The notes under the pieces were generated by a model. The model was not told where the DNA came from and did not search any database. It saw nothing but the letters and a program-made list of their open reading frames with translations. The position numbers and the translations under genes are program-made. From contig OY781964.1 in assembly GCA_963677485.1 (NCBI GenBank), forward strand, positions 1,792,001 through 1,856,000: DNA of 64,000 nucleotides. Direction: 5' to 3'. Below are positions 9,117 to 17,538 of the stretch, piece by piece. The stretch comes from Armatimonadota bacterium. Lineage in GTDB: Bacteria > Armatimonadota > HRBIN16. Numbering within the stretch: position 1 is the stretch's first letter; each line of letters starts with the position of its first letter.

Positions 9117-10193
9117 ATGGCTAATAGAAAGCTCGATACAAGTAATCGGTCTACCAAAATTGGCGTGAGAAGTTCATCGTTTATATATGGTAAACAAACA
9201 TTAAGCAAACACCGCCCTGTTCAAACAAGCGAACCCATAGTTGAGAAACAAGACCGGGTTTTTTCTGCTGCGAAGCAGGAGATGATCGACAGATTAATGA
9301 CTAACGCCAAAGAATGGAACCAATGGCGCATCGATAACAAAGATGCCGTTATCGACCTTGATGACACCGATCTGCGAAATGTGAATTTGTGCTCATACAA
9401 CCTTCGTGGAGCGAGGTTAAACAATGCTGACCTTCGAGGTGCTGAACTATATGGGTCCGACCTCAGTGATGCATCACTATGGGGAGCTAATCTTAACGGA
9501 ATAGGCGATAGGACGGACCTTCGCGGTGCTGACCTACGGGGTGCGGATTTCTTAGGAGCTGACTTAAGACAGACGGATTTCGGAATGGCTAATCCACGAG
9601 GTGAAGGAACAGGGACCAACCTAAGCTATGCTGATTTTAAACTAGCATATTTAGATGGAGCCGACCTCAGCGGCGCGGACATAACGGGAACAGGCTTCCG
9701 CGGAGCTAGCCTGATGGGCGCAGACGTGAGGGGTGTGATCTACGATCGAAAGTTAATGGACGGCAACTACAGAGGTATACGGATAGACGGTTGTTATGGT
9801 GATGCTGTATTTAAACGTGATGCCCAGGATCAAGACTACATAGATACCCTTGAACCAAGGTGCCGCCGAGGTTGGCGAAAACTCCTGTTTTCATGGTGGA
9901 GATTCACCGATTATGGACGTAGTATTCCAAGTGTAGCGTTAGTAGCCATTACGTGCATGATCGCATTTGGTTGCTTATTCTACATACCTGGAGTAACCAC
10001 CCATACAACTAAAGGATTCGACATAACACCCCTCTATTTCTCAATAGTCACATTCACGACACTAGGGTATGGCGATGTCTCAGCTAATAACACCTTCGGG
10101 CAGTGCCTTGTAGCAGTAGAAGTGGCTCTCGGTTATATTACCCTTGGACTCCTCCTGGCTATATTGGCTAATACCGTTGCCCGCCGCAGCTAG
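9117..10193 (+). CDS. pentapeptide-repeat protein fused to a 2-TM K+ channel (Ion_trans_2) domain
   Basis: Many A(D/N)LxG pentapeptide repeats; C-terminal TM-pore-TM with LYFSIVTFTTLGYGD filter. Confidence 0.9.
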   Translation: MANRKLDTSNRSTKIGVRSSSFIYGKQTLSKHRPVQTSEPIVEKQDRVFSAAKQEMIDRLMTNAKEWNQWRIDNKDAVIDLDDTDLRNVNLCSYNLRGARLNNADLRGAELYGSDLSDASLWGANLNGIGDRTDLRGADLRGADFLGADLRQTDFGMANPRGEGTGTNLSYADFKLAYLDGADLSGADITGTGFRGASLMGADVRGVIYDRKLMDGNYRGIRIDGCYGDAVFKRDAQDQDYIDTLEPRCRRGWRKLLFSWWRFTDYGRSIPSVALVAITCMIAFGCLFYIPGVTTHTTKGFDITPLYFSIVTFTTLGYGDVSANNTFGQCLVAVEVALGYITLGLLLAILANTVARRS

Positions 10194-10310
10194 CTACTAC
10201 GGTATGTCATAATGGAATCGAAAAACCCCTTAAGCCTCTACAGCCTCGGCTGCAGGCTCAAATTGAGGGGTTCTTATTCAGTAGCACATTTACATGTCCC
10301 AGAGGTTGTT

Positions 10311-10535
10311 ATGGATATGAAAAAATACGCGAATCGCCGGGGCAATTCGAGTGTGGAGTGGTATGGTATAGCCCCCGACCGTATCGAAGTGATATTTGTC
10401 AATCGACACCGATTTGTGTATACCAACGAGTCCGTGGGGCAGGGGAAAGTAGCATTCATGAAAGTACTTGCGGAATCCGGTGTGGGCCTCTACACCTTCA
10501 TCATGAAACATATAAATAAGGACTACGACCCGTAA
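10311..10535 (+). CDS. small KTSC-like hypothetical protein
   Basis: MKKYANRRGNSSV..YGI....IEVIF....FVYTN...MKVLAESGVGL..FI pattern of a small conserved family; RBS AGAGG. Confidence 0.6.
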   Translation: MDMKKYANRRGNSSVEWYGIAPDRIEVIFVNRHRFVYTNESVGQGKVAFMKVLAESGVGLYTFIMKHINKDYDP

Positions 10536-10730
10536 CCCTCAATCGGGAACATACGGCGCACGGTCCTCATACACGCTGCGCTTCGGTTGCCCTCCGCCCA
10601 GCATCGCCCGGCTGAGTGCCGTCACCAACGCTGCGATGCAGTCAATCCGACCGTCCGACTTCGACTTCGTCGGCTTGATGTTGTCCGCGTCATCCTTGAT
10701 GACTGCCACATTGTTTGCACACCAGCCCGC
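10536..10730 (-). pseudogene. orphan duplicate of the terL 3' end (63 codons plus stop)
   Basis: 195-bp direct repeat of 12390-12584 with 17 mismatches by manual alignment and only 2 amino-acid changes. Confidence 0.92.
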
Positions 10731-10888
10731 CAAAACATGGTCGACCCTCCAGCTCCTTAAGATCAACACCGCAAGCGTCCCACCGATCCATGCCCTTCGT
10801 GCGAACACGCTGTGTCCAAGTTGACTAGGATACAGCGAGACCGACACTAGTTGCTCCACCTAAAGCTGCAGTCACACCACGATCATGG

Positions 10889-11857
10889 TCATGCGCTGAG
10901 ACTGAACTCGGCTGTCAGTTGCCGTAAAGCTTCGCCTGCCTTTCCACGGACATCTGGAGGCACACTCATGTCTTGGGTCAACTGCGTCAGATATGGAAGT
11001 ACACCCCTGTGGCGAATTGTATCATCTAACATCATCCGACGCTCATCATTCAGCGAGCTATTTTTAAGTGCTGCTTCAATGCACTCACTTACCAATCGCT
11101 GGTTACAATGTTCCAGCATCGCTCCCGCTCGCCAAGACGGACGCAGCATCGGAGATCGTGCAACCACATCAACCAGTTTACTGATGGCTTGACGATTGTC
11201 CGCCACTCGTCTCAATGCCCGCGTGAGGTGCCGTCCGAAATAGGCAGCACAGACGGCGACATATGCCACACGGTCATCATCAAGCGTCAGGTCATCTAGA
11301 TGCAATACGATTAGGGAAAACTCTCTTAGGGTCAGGATAACATCGCCAATACCCACCCATGTTTTGAAAGAGTGCTGAAGGATCTGCTGGATATTCTGAA
11401 TCTCTTCCGTTTGTTCTGTAGGGGTGGCTCTGAGTTGACGTATGATCCTTTCAAGGTTCTGGGCAAGCGTCCTTGCACCCTCCATGGTATTCTCATACTT
11501 GAAGTATCTGATCCAGCCGAGATCGAATGGTACATCATCTCGATCTTGTGTAATCAGCACTACATGGCGCTTTATGGCATGAGCAAGTCCAAGCTCATAG
11601 AAGACGTTCGGATTCCTGTGGGTCAGATCTGCAATGATGATCTCAGATCGCAGAATGCTATCGAATATCCCCGACATAATATCCAGCGAAGAGAAGCTTT
11701 CATCCGCACGGTGGGGTTTCATGCCGAGGGCTTCGAGGGCAGGCCGTATGCCAGCGTCGTATACGGAATCCATCTGATCGCCAAAAGGCATGATTATAAA
11801 ACACAGCCCTGGTTCTACGGGTACATCCGTCCTGAGTAGAATTTCACACGGTTTCAT
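10889..11857 (-). CDS. nucleoside 2-deoxyribosyltransferase-like (NDT) domain protein with a helical C-terminal domain; candidate defence effector
   Basis: CFIIMPF...RAD...IIADLTHRNPNVFYELGLAHA...VPFDL motif. Confidence 0.82.
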   Translation of the reverse strand: MKPCEILLRTDVPVEPGLCFIIMPFGDQMDSVYDAGIRPALEALGMKPHRADESFSSLDIMSGIFDSILRSEIIIADLTHRNPNVFYELGLAHAIKRHVVLITQDRDDVPFDLGWIRYFKYENTMEGARTLAQNLERIIRQLRATPTEQTEEIQNIQQILQHSFKTWVGIGDVILTLREFSLIVLHLDDLTLDDDRVAYVAVCAAYFGRHLTRALRRVADNRQAISKLVDVVARSPMLRPSWRAGAMLEHCNQRLVSECIEAALKNSSLNDERRMMLDDTIRHRGVLPYLTQLTQDMSVPPDVRGKAGEALRQLTAEFSLSA

Positions 11858-12198
11858 TCAATACCCCCTTACAGGAGAGGTTATAAAGTGGTGTAAATTG
11901 CCAGCTTCCTTGGAATGTTAGTTGCTATTTGGTTGTATGGGTAAGCTATCACCTGCTTTCCTGTTCTGCTACGAGTTGTATATACCCTTTTCCATTGGGG
12001 TTGTCAAGGCCGCGAAACGCCCGAAGGGGAAGCCTTTACTAGTCCAGTGTGAAAGGGCACGATATTCGGCAGAAGAACAGGCGAATTACTACTTCAACAG
12101 CCCAATAATCTGACATGATGACGATGACAACAACCATGGTAAGTAGTCTATATGTGAACCATGCATCATTGAGTCGGGTATCAAAATAGGGTGCCAAC

Positions 12199-12380
12199 AT
12201 GACGATCTATAAGAATCTATCCGGTGAGTCTAATGTCAAGAATTATTCAACAGGCGATAACTATATCACAGTTATATCTGACGGGGCGTTTTGCCAGACA
12301 TGTGTATATACATATGAGATGCCAGGTTGTGATGAATTGAACAAATGAAGATATTGGCTGAGAGTGGAATTGTTTCCTAA
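12199..12380 (+). pseudogene. frameshifted paralog of the KTSC-like gene at 10311
   Basis: MTIYKNLSGESNVKNYSTGDNYITV...VYTY, then in a shifted frame IEQMKILAESGIVS*, matching MKVLAESGVG. Confidence 0.7.
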
Positions 12381-12392
12381 TCCGCCCTCCCC

Positions 12393-14138
12393 TCAATCCG
12401 GAACATACGGCGCACGCGTCTCATACACGCTGCGCTTCGGCTGCCCTCCGCCCAGCATCGCCCTGCTGAGCGCCGTCACCAAGGCCGCGATGCAGTCTAT
12501 CCGTCCGGTCGACTTCGACTTCGTCGGCTTGATGTTATCTGCGTCATCCTTGATGACAGCCACATTGTTCGCACACCAGCCCGCTACAGGATCACCGTTG
12601 TGACGAAGCGCATTGTATTTCCATTCCTGCCGCACATATGGCTTGATCGCGCTAGTATTGACCCCATCTGCCTTCATCTGCTCAAGAACTAACTGGGCTT
12701 CCAGCACCCGACGATCCTGATCCTCCTCGAACTTCATGCGGTATTCCTCAACCTGCTCCGGTGTGGCCGCTCCAAGAACCACCGCCGCTTCCAGTTCCTT
12801 GGATGGTGCCGACAGTGTGATGTATCCCTGCCTGCACTGAACCATCGTGATCTTGTCCTCCTCCTCAAGCTCCGTCGCCAGATGCAGCGCTCCCCACGGG
12901 TCATATGCCAGTTCTGCAAGCTTGTATCTTGCAGCGATATCCTTGATCTCCTCACGGATATACCGGTAGTCAATTCGCTCGCCCGGTGTAGGAATAAGCC
13001 ATCCCGCACGCGCCCATTCGGCATAGTCCACACCATCCCGCCGAGACCGTTCAACCATCGTGGCCTCCGGGGTCCAGGTTCGCCAGATCACGTCATACGA
13101 ACCATCGGCATTCGGAAATACCAGGCACAGCGAACTCAGGTCCATCGTGCTCGAAAGGTCGAGCCCCCCATAGCAAACTCGGCCGTCAAGCGGCTCAATT
13201 GGTTCTTTGCAGCACGCCTTCCAACGGCTCATGTCCAGCCATCTGTTCACCTGGTTCGTCCAGATATTGAGGTGGAACCTCTTGAAATCCGGCTGGCTGC
13301 TCGGTGTATCGATAGCCTTCTGACACGCCTGTTCCATATACTCGCGGTTTATCGTCACACCCCAACTAGGGTTAGCCGCCGCCCACACCTCTTCAGATGT
13401 CCAGTCCGCATCCTCCTCTGCCTCATAGATCACGGGATACCAGCGGTCATTCTGGACCGAACCATTCAATACCCGCTTGGCATAGTCATACTGCTCCCAA
13501 CAAAAAGTGGTCCGGTCGAAACCCGCAGTGGTCAACATCATGATCATCGGCTGACGCCTGGACACCATGCCTGTATCCAGCGCGGTGTAGAGCTCCCGGT
13601 TCTTGGCCACCAGCAACTCGTCATACACCACAAAATGCGGGTTGGTGCCCAGCTTCGCATCGGCGATCCGCGACAACGCTGTAAAACTGCTGTGCTTCTT
13701 GGGGTAGATCAGGGTGAATTCACTCTCAATAGGCCGCAGCTTATTCCATAACGACGGCTGTGCTTGAAGCATATTCACAGTGGATTTAAACACAATACTT
13801 GCCTGCGGTTTGTCACCAGCAGCCGAGTACACCTGGGCGCCTGGCTCACCGTCCGCCATCATCATATAGCTTGCGATCGGTGCGTTGAATGTGGTCTTTC
13901 CGTTCTTTCGTGGCACGAAGACAAAAACATACCGAAACCTGCGGTAACCAGTTTGCCTATCTACCCAGCCAAAGATGTCCCGGATGACATGGCGCTGCCA
14001 GTGCATGAGTTGAAGCTTCTGGCCAGCCCATTCACCTTCCCAAAGCCGGAGGCTCTCCATCCAGCGGCATATTCGATCTGCTTTAACCTCATCGAATCTC
14101 CATCGGTCTGTTTCGTATAGCTCTAGATATGGTCTCAC
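12393..14138 (-). CDS. terL: terminase large subunit
   Basis: Walker A VPRKNGKT, Walker B VVYDEL, MLTTAG, nuclease GGLDLSSTMD and GRIDCIAA. Confidence 0.97.
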   Translation of the reverse strand: MRPYLELYETDRWRFDEVKADRICRWMESLRLWEGEWAGQKLQLMHWQRHVIRDIFGWVDRQTGYRRFRYVFVFVPRKNGKTTFNAPIASYMMMADGEPGAQVYSAAGDKPQASIVFKSTVNMLQAQPSLWNKLRPIESEFTLIYPKKHSSFTALSRIADAKLGTNPHFVVYDELLVAKNRELYTALDTGMVSRRQPMIMMLTTAGFDRTTFCWEQYDYAKRVLNGSVQNDRWYPVIYEAEEDADWTSEEVWAAANPSWGVTINREYMEQACQKAIDTPSSQPDFKRFHLNIWTNQVNRWLDMSRWKACCKEPIEPLDGRVCYGGLDLSSTMDLSSLCLVFPNADGSYDVIWRTWTPEATMVERSRRDGVDYAEWARAGWLIPTPGERIDYRYIREEIKDIAARYKLAELAYDPWGALHLATELEEEDKITMVQCRQGYITLSAPSKELEAAVVLGAATPEQVEEYRMKFEEDQDRRVLEAQLVLEQMKADGVNTSAIKPYVRQEWKYNALRHNGDPVAGWCANNVAVIKDDADNIKPTKSKSTGRIDCIAALVTALSRAMLGGGQPKRSVYETRAPYVPD

Positions 14139-14536
14139 AGCATCTCATCTAACGCATCCAATTCTTCATCGTCTACGGGTTGCACCCTCAACCTGGCCAA
14201 TGGAGTAAGCCCGAACTCTGTTTGATACCGCCTCACCTGATCAAGCGCCTGGGCCTTGATACGTGTGGCTGGATGGGCCACCGTTCCACGCTCGTTCGAC
14301 AGCATCAACCCCTCGCGTTGGAGTAATATATCGGCCTCGATCATGGTGTTGTAGGCGCTACAATAAGCCACCATCGCGTCGTAGTCTATGTCGTTGGCCA
14401 CCCCGCCAAGTTTAGGCAGGATGCGCTTCCACAACAGCTTCCCATGCGGCCCCATCCATGCCGGAGGCTGTACACATTTGCTGATTTTCGTTCCGCTAGT
14501 AACCGCAGCCTTCGGCTTCCGCCCTCTATTCCCCAT
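14135..14536 (-). CDS. terS: terminase small subunit, P27 family
   Basis: RGRKPK, PPAWM, HPA and EFGLTPLARLR motifs; overlaps terL start. Confidence 0.92.
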   Translation of the reverse strand: MGNRGRKPKAAVTSGTKISKCVQPPAWMGPHGKLLWKRILPKLGGVANDIDYDAMVAYCSAYNTMIEADILLQREGLMLSNERGTVAHPATRIKAQALDQVRRYQTEFGLTPLARLRVQPVDDEELDALDEML

Positions 14537-14570
14537 GCAGCCTCCATCCAATTACCATTCACTCACCCGA

Positions 14571-14775
14571 CGCCATCGCAGCGCACGCCATCGCAGGGCA
14601 CGGCATCGCAGCGCACGGCACGGCATCGCTGCGCACGGCATCGCAGCGCACGGCACGGCATCGCTGCGCACGGCATCGCAGCGCACGGCACGGCATCGCT
14701 GCGCACGGCATCGCAGCGCACGCCATCGCAGCGCACGCCATCGCAGCGCACGGCAGCGGAGCGCATCGCAGGGCA
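14571..14775. repeat. array of 41 pentamers (CGGCA/TCGCA/GCGCA variants) with 15- and 35-bp higher-order units
   Basis: Read directly; in perfect 5-bp phase over 205 bp. Confidence 0.95.
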
Positions 14776-14779
14776 TGTT

Positions 14780-14880
14780 AAATCTCGCGAAAAACTCAAT
14801 TTCGCATTTCCCCGCACGCGATTACACGCCCGGTAGATTGGTCGATGATATTTCAACATATCGACCCCCCTCCCCCGTGG
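14780..14880 (-). other. putative cos (packaging) region
   Basis: Between HNH and terS; minus strand reads GGGGGAGGGGGGTCGA...ACCGGGCG...CGCG...GCGAAATT, resembling cos regions of HNH/P27 phages. Confidence 0.55.
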
Positions 14881-15200
14881 ACACGGCCATGGCAGACGCG
14901 GCACAAGCTTTGAAGGTTGCTGTGCTTGTACTGGTCACCACCAACAATCAGGGGCACGATGTGATGCACGATCTCCATCGGACTAACAACACCACGCTCC
15001 TGGCAAAGCTCACAGAGTGGATGCTTCTTCACATAGGACGCACGCGTCCGCTTCCACTTCGCATCGTAGCCACGATCATGAGCACTCGATCTCGTGTCGT
15101 CATCCCAGGCTCGCTTGGTGTGATGCTCGCAGTATCTGGTGCCGCGGACCAACTCACGGCATCCAATGAAAGCGCATGGCTTGAGAGGTGCTTGGCTCAT
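14853..15200 (-). CDS. terminase-associated HNH endonuclease (HK97 gp74-like)
   Basis: RGYDAKW, PLCELC, VHHIVP, NLQSLCRVCH. Confidence 0.93.
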   Translation of the reverse strand: MSQAPLKPCAFIGCRELVRGTRYCEHHTKRAWDDDTRSSAHDRGYDAKWKRTRASYVKKHPLCELCQERGVVSPMEIVHHIVPLIVGGDQYKHSNLQSLCRVCHGRVHGGGGSIC

Positions 15201-15562
15201 TCAATCACGTCCAGTGCAGAGCGTCCGAAGGCCTCTACAAGCACGGTGATGACCCCACAGCTCGACCATGCGTTAAGCTTGCCACATGCACGTTCAAAGG
15301 CCAGGTTGACCGCCCTGGTGCAGATATGCAGGAAGTCTGCTATCTCAGCAGCCGACACGTCATACAACCTGGCCACCAGCACAATGCATTCGGTGGGGGA
15401 GATCACCTCAGCCCTGAGCGCAACGGTCACCTCCTCCTTGACTAACTCAGAGCAAGCAGAGCCTGGCGGCCAATAGCTGGGTGTGGTCAGCCGTTCCGCG
15501 AGCACCTCCACATCGGTAAGCACTACCAGGTCACGCCACGGGTTCTTAGTCACAAACGGCAT
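15197..15562 (-). CDS. putative transcription regulator with sigma region-4-like HTH
   Basis: SAAEIADFLHICTRAV....ERACGKL HTH-like segment; position just before the packaging module. Confidence 0.5.
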   Translation of the reverse strand: MPFVTKNPWRDLVVLTDVEVLAERLTTPSYWPPGSACSELVKEEVTVALRAEVISPTECIVLVARLYDVSAAEIADFLHICTRAVNLAFERACGKLNAWSSCGVITVLVEAFGRSALDVIE

Positions 15563-16389
15563 CCCTCCGCATCATAGTTCATCCACAGCACCTCTACAGC
15601 CGTATCACCAGTGCCGTTACGCCCGCAGCTAGACGGCTTCACCTTGGGCGGTGCTTTCACCACCCGCCAGCCAGACAGTGCCATCGTATACAGCTCGCTA
15701 TCGTATCCGCTGATCGCCACCCGACCTTTGCACCTCTGGCAGAGTTCAAGCAGCTCGGTATGCTGACGGTCATTCATCTCGTTCTGATACTGCGCCGTTT
15801 TGCTCGATCTTGACGCCAGCACATAGGGCGGGTCGAGGTAGAACAACGCCTCCGGACGGTCCCACCGCTCGATCACTTCACGTGCATCCGCGCACTCGAT
15901 CACGACCCGGCGCAGGCGCTCTGCCACCGGGTATAGGCGGTCCACTGCTGTGATCCACTTCGAACACATGCCATTCATGCCGTTCGCAGACGAGTAAGCA
16001 CGGCCCCAGTTGGACGCCTCCTTATGACGGCCGTAGAAGCCAAGCACCGGAAGCATGAACCACATCCTGGCCCGCTCGATCATATCGTCGACCTGGCTCA
16101 GTCCCTTGTTCATGTCGATCGCCATCGCATATTCATGCTTGCTGTTTGGGGTGAGTTTCAATCGGGTAATGAGCTCGTCCGGGTGGTCTCTCAGCACCCT
16201 GAAGAAGTTCACGCAGTTGAGATACAAGTCGTTGTAGACTTCGTTCTTGGCAGGCTCCCGGTTAAGGAGCACGGCAGCCGATCCACCGAACGGCTCGATA
16301 TAGAATTCAGAGGCGGGTAGATTGGGCAGTATGAAGCCCAACTGGCTGTTCTTGCCACCAAAGTAGCTGAACGCGGTAAGCTTGTGCAT
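15550..16389 (-). CDS. DNA adenine methyltransferase (Dam/D12 class), orphan
   Basis: YFGGK, EPFGGSAAV, VYND and YLDPPY motifs. Confidence 0.93.
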   Translation of the reverse strand: MHKLTAFSYFGGKNSQLGFILPNLPASEFYIEPFGGSAAVLLNREPAKNEVYNDLYLNCVNFFRVLRDHPDELITRLKLTPNSKHEYAMAIDMNKGLSQVDDMIERARMWFMLPVLGFYGRHKEASNWGRAYSSANGMNGMCSKWITAVDRLYPVAERLRRVVIECADAREVIERWDRPEALFYLDPPYVLASRSSKTAQYQNEMNDRQHTELLELCQRCKGRVAISGYDSELYTMALSGWRVVKAPPKVKPSSCGRNGTGDTAVEVLWMNYDAEGCRL

Positions 16390-16473
16390 ACATAACACTT
16401 CCAGAAATGTGATTATCGGTAACCACACATCATTATGTAGAAATATATACACGTTTATCCAGTCGGCGGTCAA

Positions 16474-16776
16474 CTAACGAATACCCTCCAGGAAAGCGTC
16501 CATCTGAGAGGGGCGCAGCACAAACGCCTCACGCCCCGCATCTCGAAGCTTCAACAGCCAGTCTTTTTGCTCAACGGTCACCCGACCGTCTTCTCTCTTG
16601 AGTTCGATAAACAACACACGCTGGCCACGGACCGCCACCACATCAGGGAACCCCTTGTTGCTACGTCGGCTGTCGTGGGTGTGATACCACAGCCATCCAA
16701 ACAGGCTTAGGGCGTCGGTCACTGTGTCCTGGAACTCCTTCTCGCTTACTTGGCCGCTTTTTGATGCTCGGAGCAT
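16474..16776 (-). CDS. VRR-NUC domain nuclease
   Basis: EKEFQ...GFPDVV...FIELK..GRV..EQ..W PD-(D/E)xK pattern. Confidence 0.85.
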   Translation of the reverse strand: MLRASKSGQVSEKEFQDTVTDALSLFGWLWYHTHDSRRSNKGFPDVVAVRGQRVLFIELKREDGRVTVEQKDWLLKLRDAGREAFVLRPSQMDAFLEGIR

Positions 16777-17252
16777 AACACCTTCCCGTATCGCTTGCCA
16801 GATAGCGCAGCCTGGCCGGATGTCAGTGCTACGCCACATACGACGCATGTCTCGGCGGTCGGTATTGGTCGATTTGTCGTAATAGTGCTTGTATCTGTAG
16901 ATATTCTAGCACTATCTAGCAGTTGGTTGTCAACATCCACGTCGGCGGTCCCATACCCGGCAAAGCGCAAGGCTCTACCCACAGCCCCACTTTCGGCTTT
17001 TTCGACGTAGTCGGGGAAGCTCTGGCGGGTCTCCTGCTTGTGTGCTGTGGCCACCACCGTGCCGGTCTCGCTCATCACAGTAGCGGCGGCCAAGCAGCTA
17101 TCGCCGTCGACCGTGACTTCGCAGATGATGCCCCAGTCTGGGTGTTCGGTCCTAAACCAGGCGATGGCTGCACTCACCGGCAGATACGTCCGGTTCCCTT
17201 GCACCTTGATCAGGTGATCTGATGGGTTAAACCCCTTCGGTTCGTTACTCAA
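16746..17252 (-). CDS. putative ssDNA-annealing/recombination protein (Rad52/Sak-like)
   Basis: YLPV...WFR.EHP...EKAESGAVGRAL..AGYG motif; C-terminal CxxC...CxxH. Confidence 0.55.
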   Translation of the reverse strand: MSNEPKGFNPSDHLIKVQGNRTYLPVSAAIAWFRTEHPDWGIICEVTVDGDSCLAAATVMSETGTVVATAHKQETRQSFPDYVEKAESGAVGRALRFAGYGTADVDVDNQLLDSARISTDTSTITTNRPIPTAETCVVCGVALTSGQAALSGKRYGKVLCSEHQKAAK

Positions 17253-17538
17253 TATCGAAAACTCCTATTGAGGCCCATGCGGGCCAGTGTTCATGTCGTG
17301 TCATCCTAAGTTTGGTATGCCAGTTGGCTTCAACGGGACGTATCCCATCGGTGAACTTGATATGGCCATCTATGAGGCATTTTGCACACAGCCCACGCAG
17401 GTAAGTCTCGTGTGGGTTGATGCTTTTCGTTTGCGCAACAACCACATACGGCGCGTCGCATGTCCTATGCCGCCATATACGCCCGTTGGCCCGCATGACA
17501 TGCTGCCCGATGAACTCGTGTGCCTGCCTCACTTGCAC
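17245..17538 (-). CDS. phage hypothetical protein
   Basis: 97-aa ORF overlapping both neighbours in the operon. Confidence 0.45.
   Translation of the reverse strand: MQVRQAHEFIGQHVMRANGRIWRHRTCDAPYVVVAQTKSINPHETYLRGLCAKCLIDGHIKFTDGIRPVEANWHTKLRMTRHEHWPAWASIGVFDIE

Noticed and set aside
10539-10859. 106-aa ORF as a functional gene
   Set aside because: Only the last 63 codons are terL-derived; the N-terminal part looks like chance open frame.
10536-12584. DGR template/variable repeat pair
   Set aside because: Mismatches are mostly synonymous and not adenine-specific, and there is no reverse transcriptase in the window.
12609-12773. Intein in TerL
   Set aside because: Too short, and lacks the Cys/Ser start and His-Asn end.
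14388-15476. 362-aa plus-strand ORF and other ORFs crossing the pentamer array
   Set aside because: They are open because the repeat lacks stops, and they lie antisense to or overlap well-supported terS and HNH genes.
15550-16389. Restriction-modification system
   Set aside because: Orphan phage methylase; the neighbouring VRR-NUC and HNH genes have standard phage roles.
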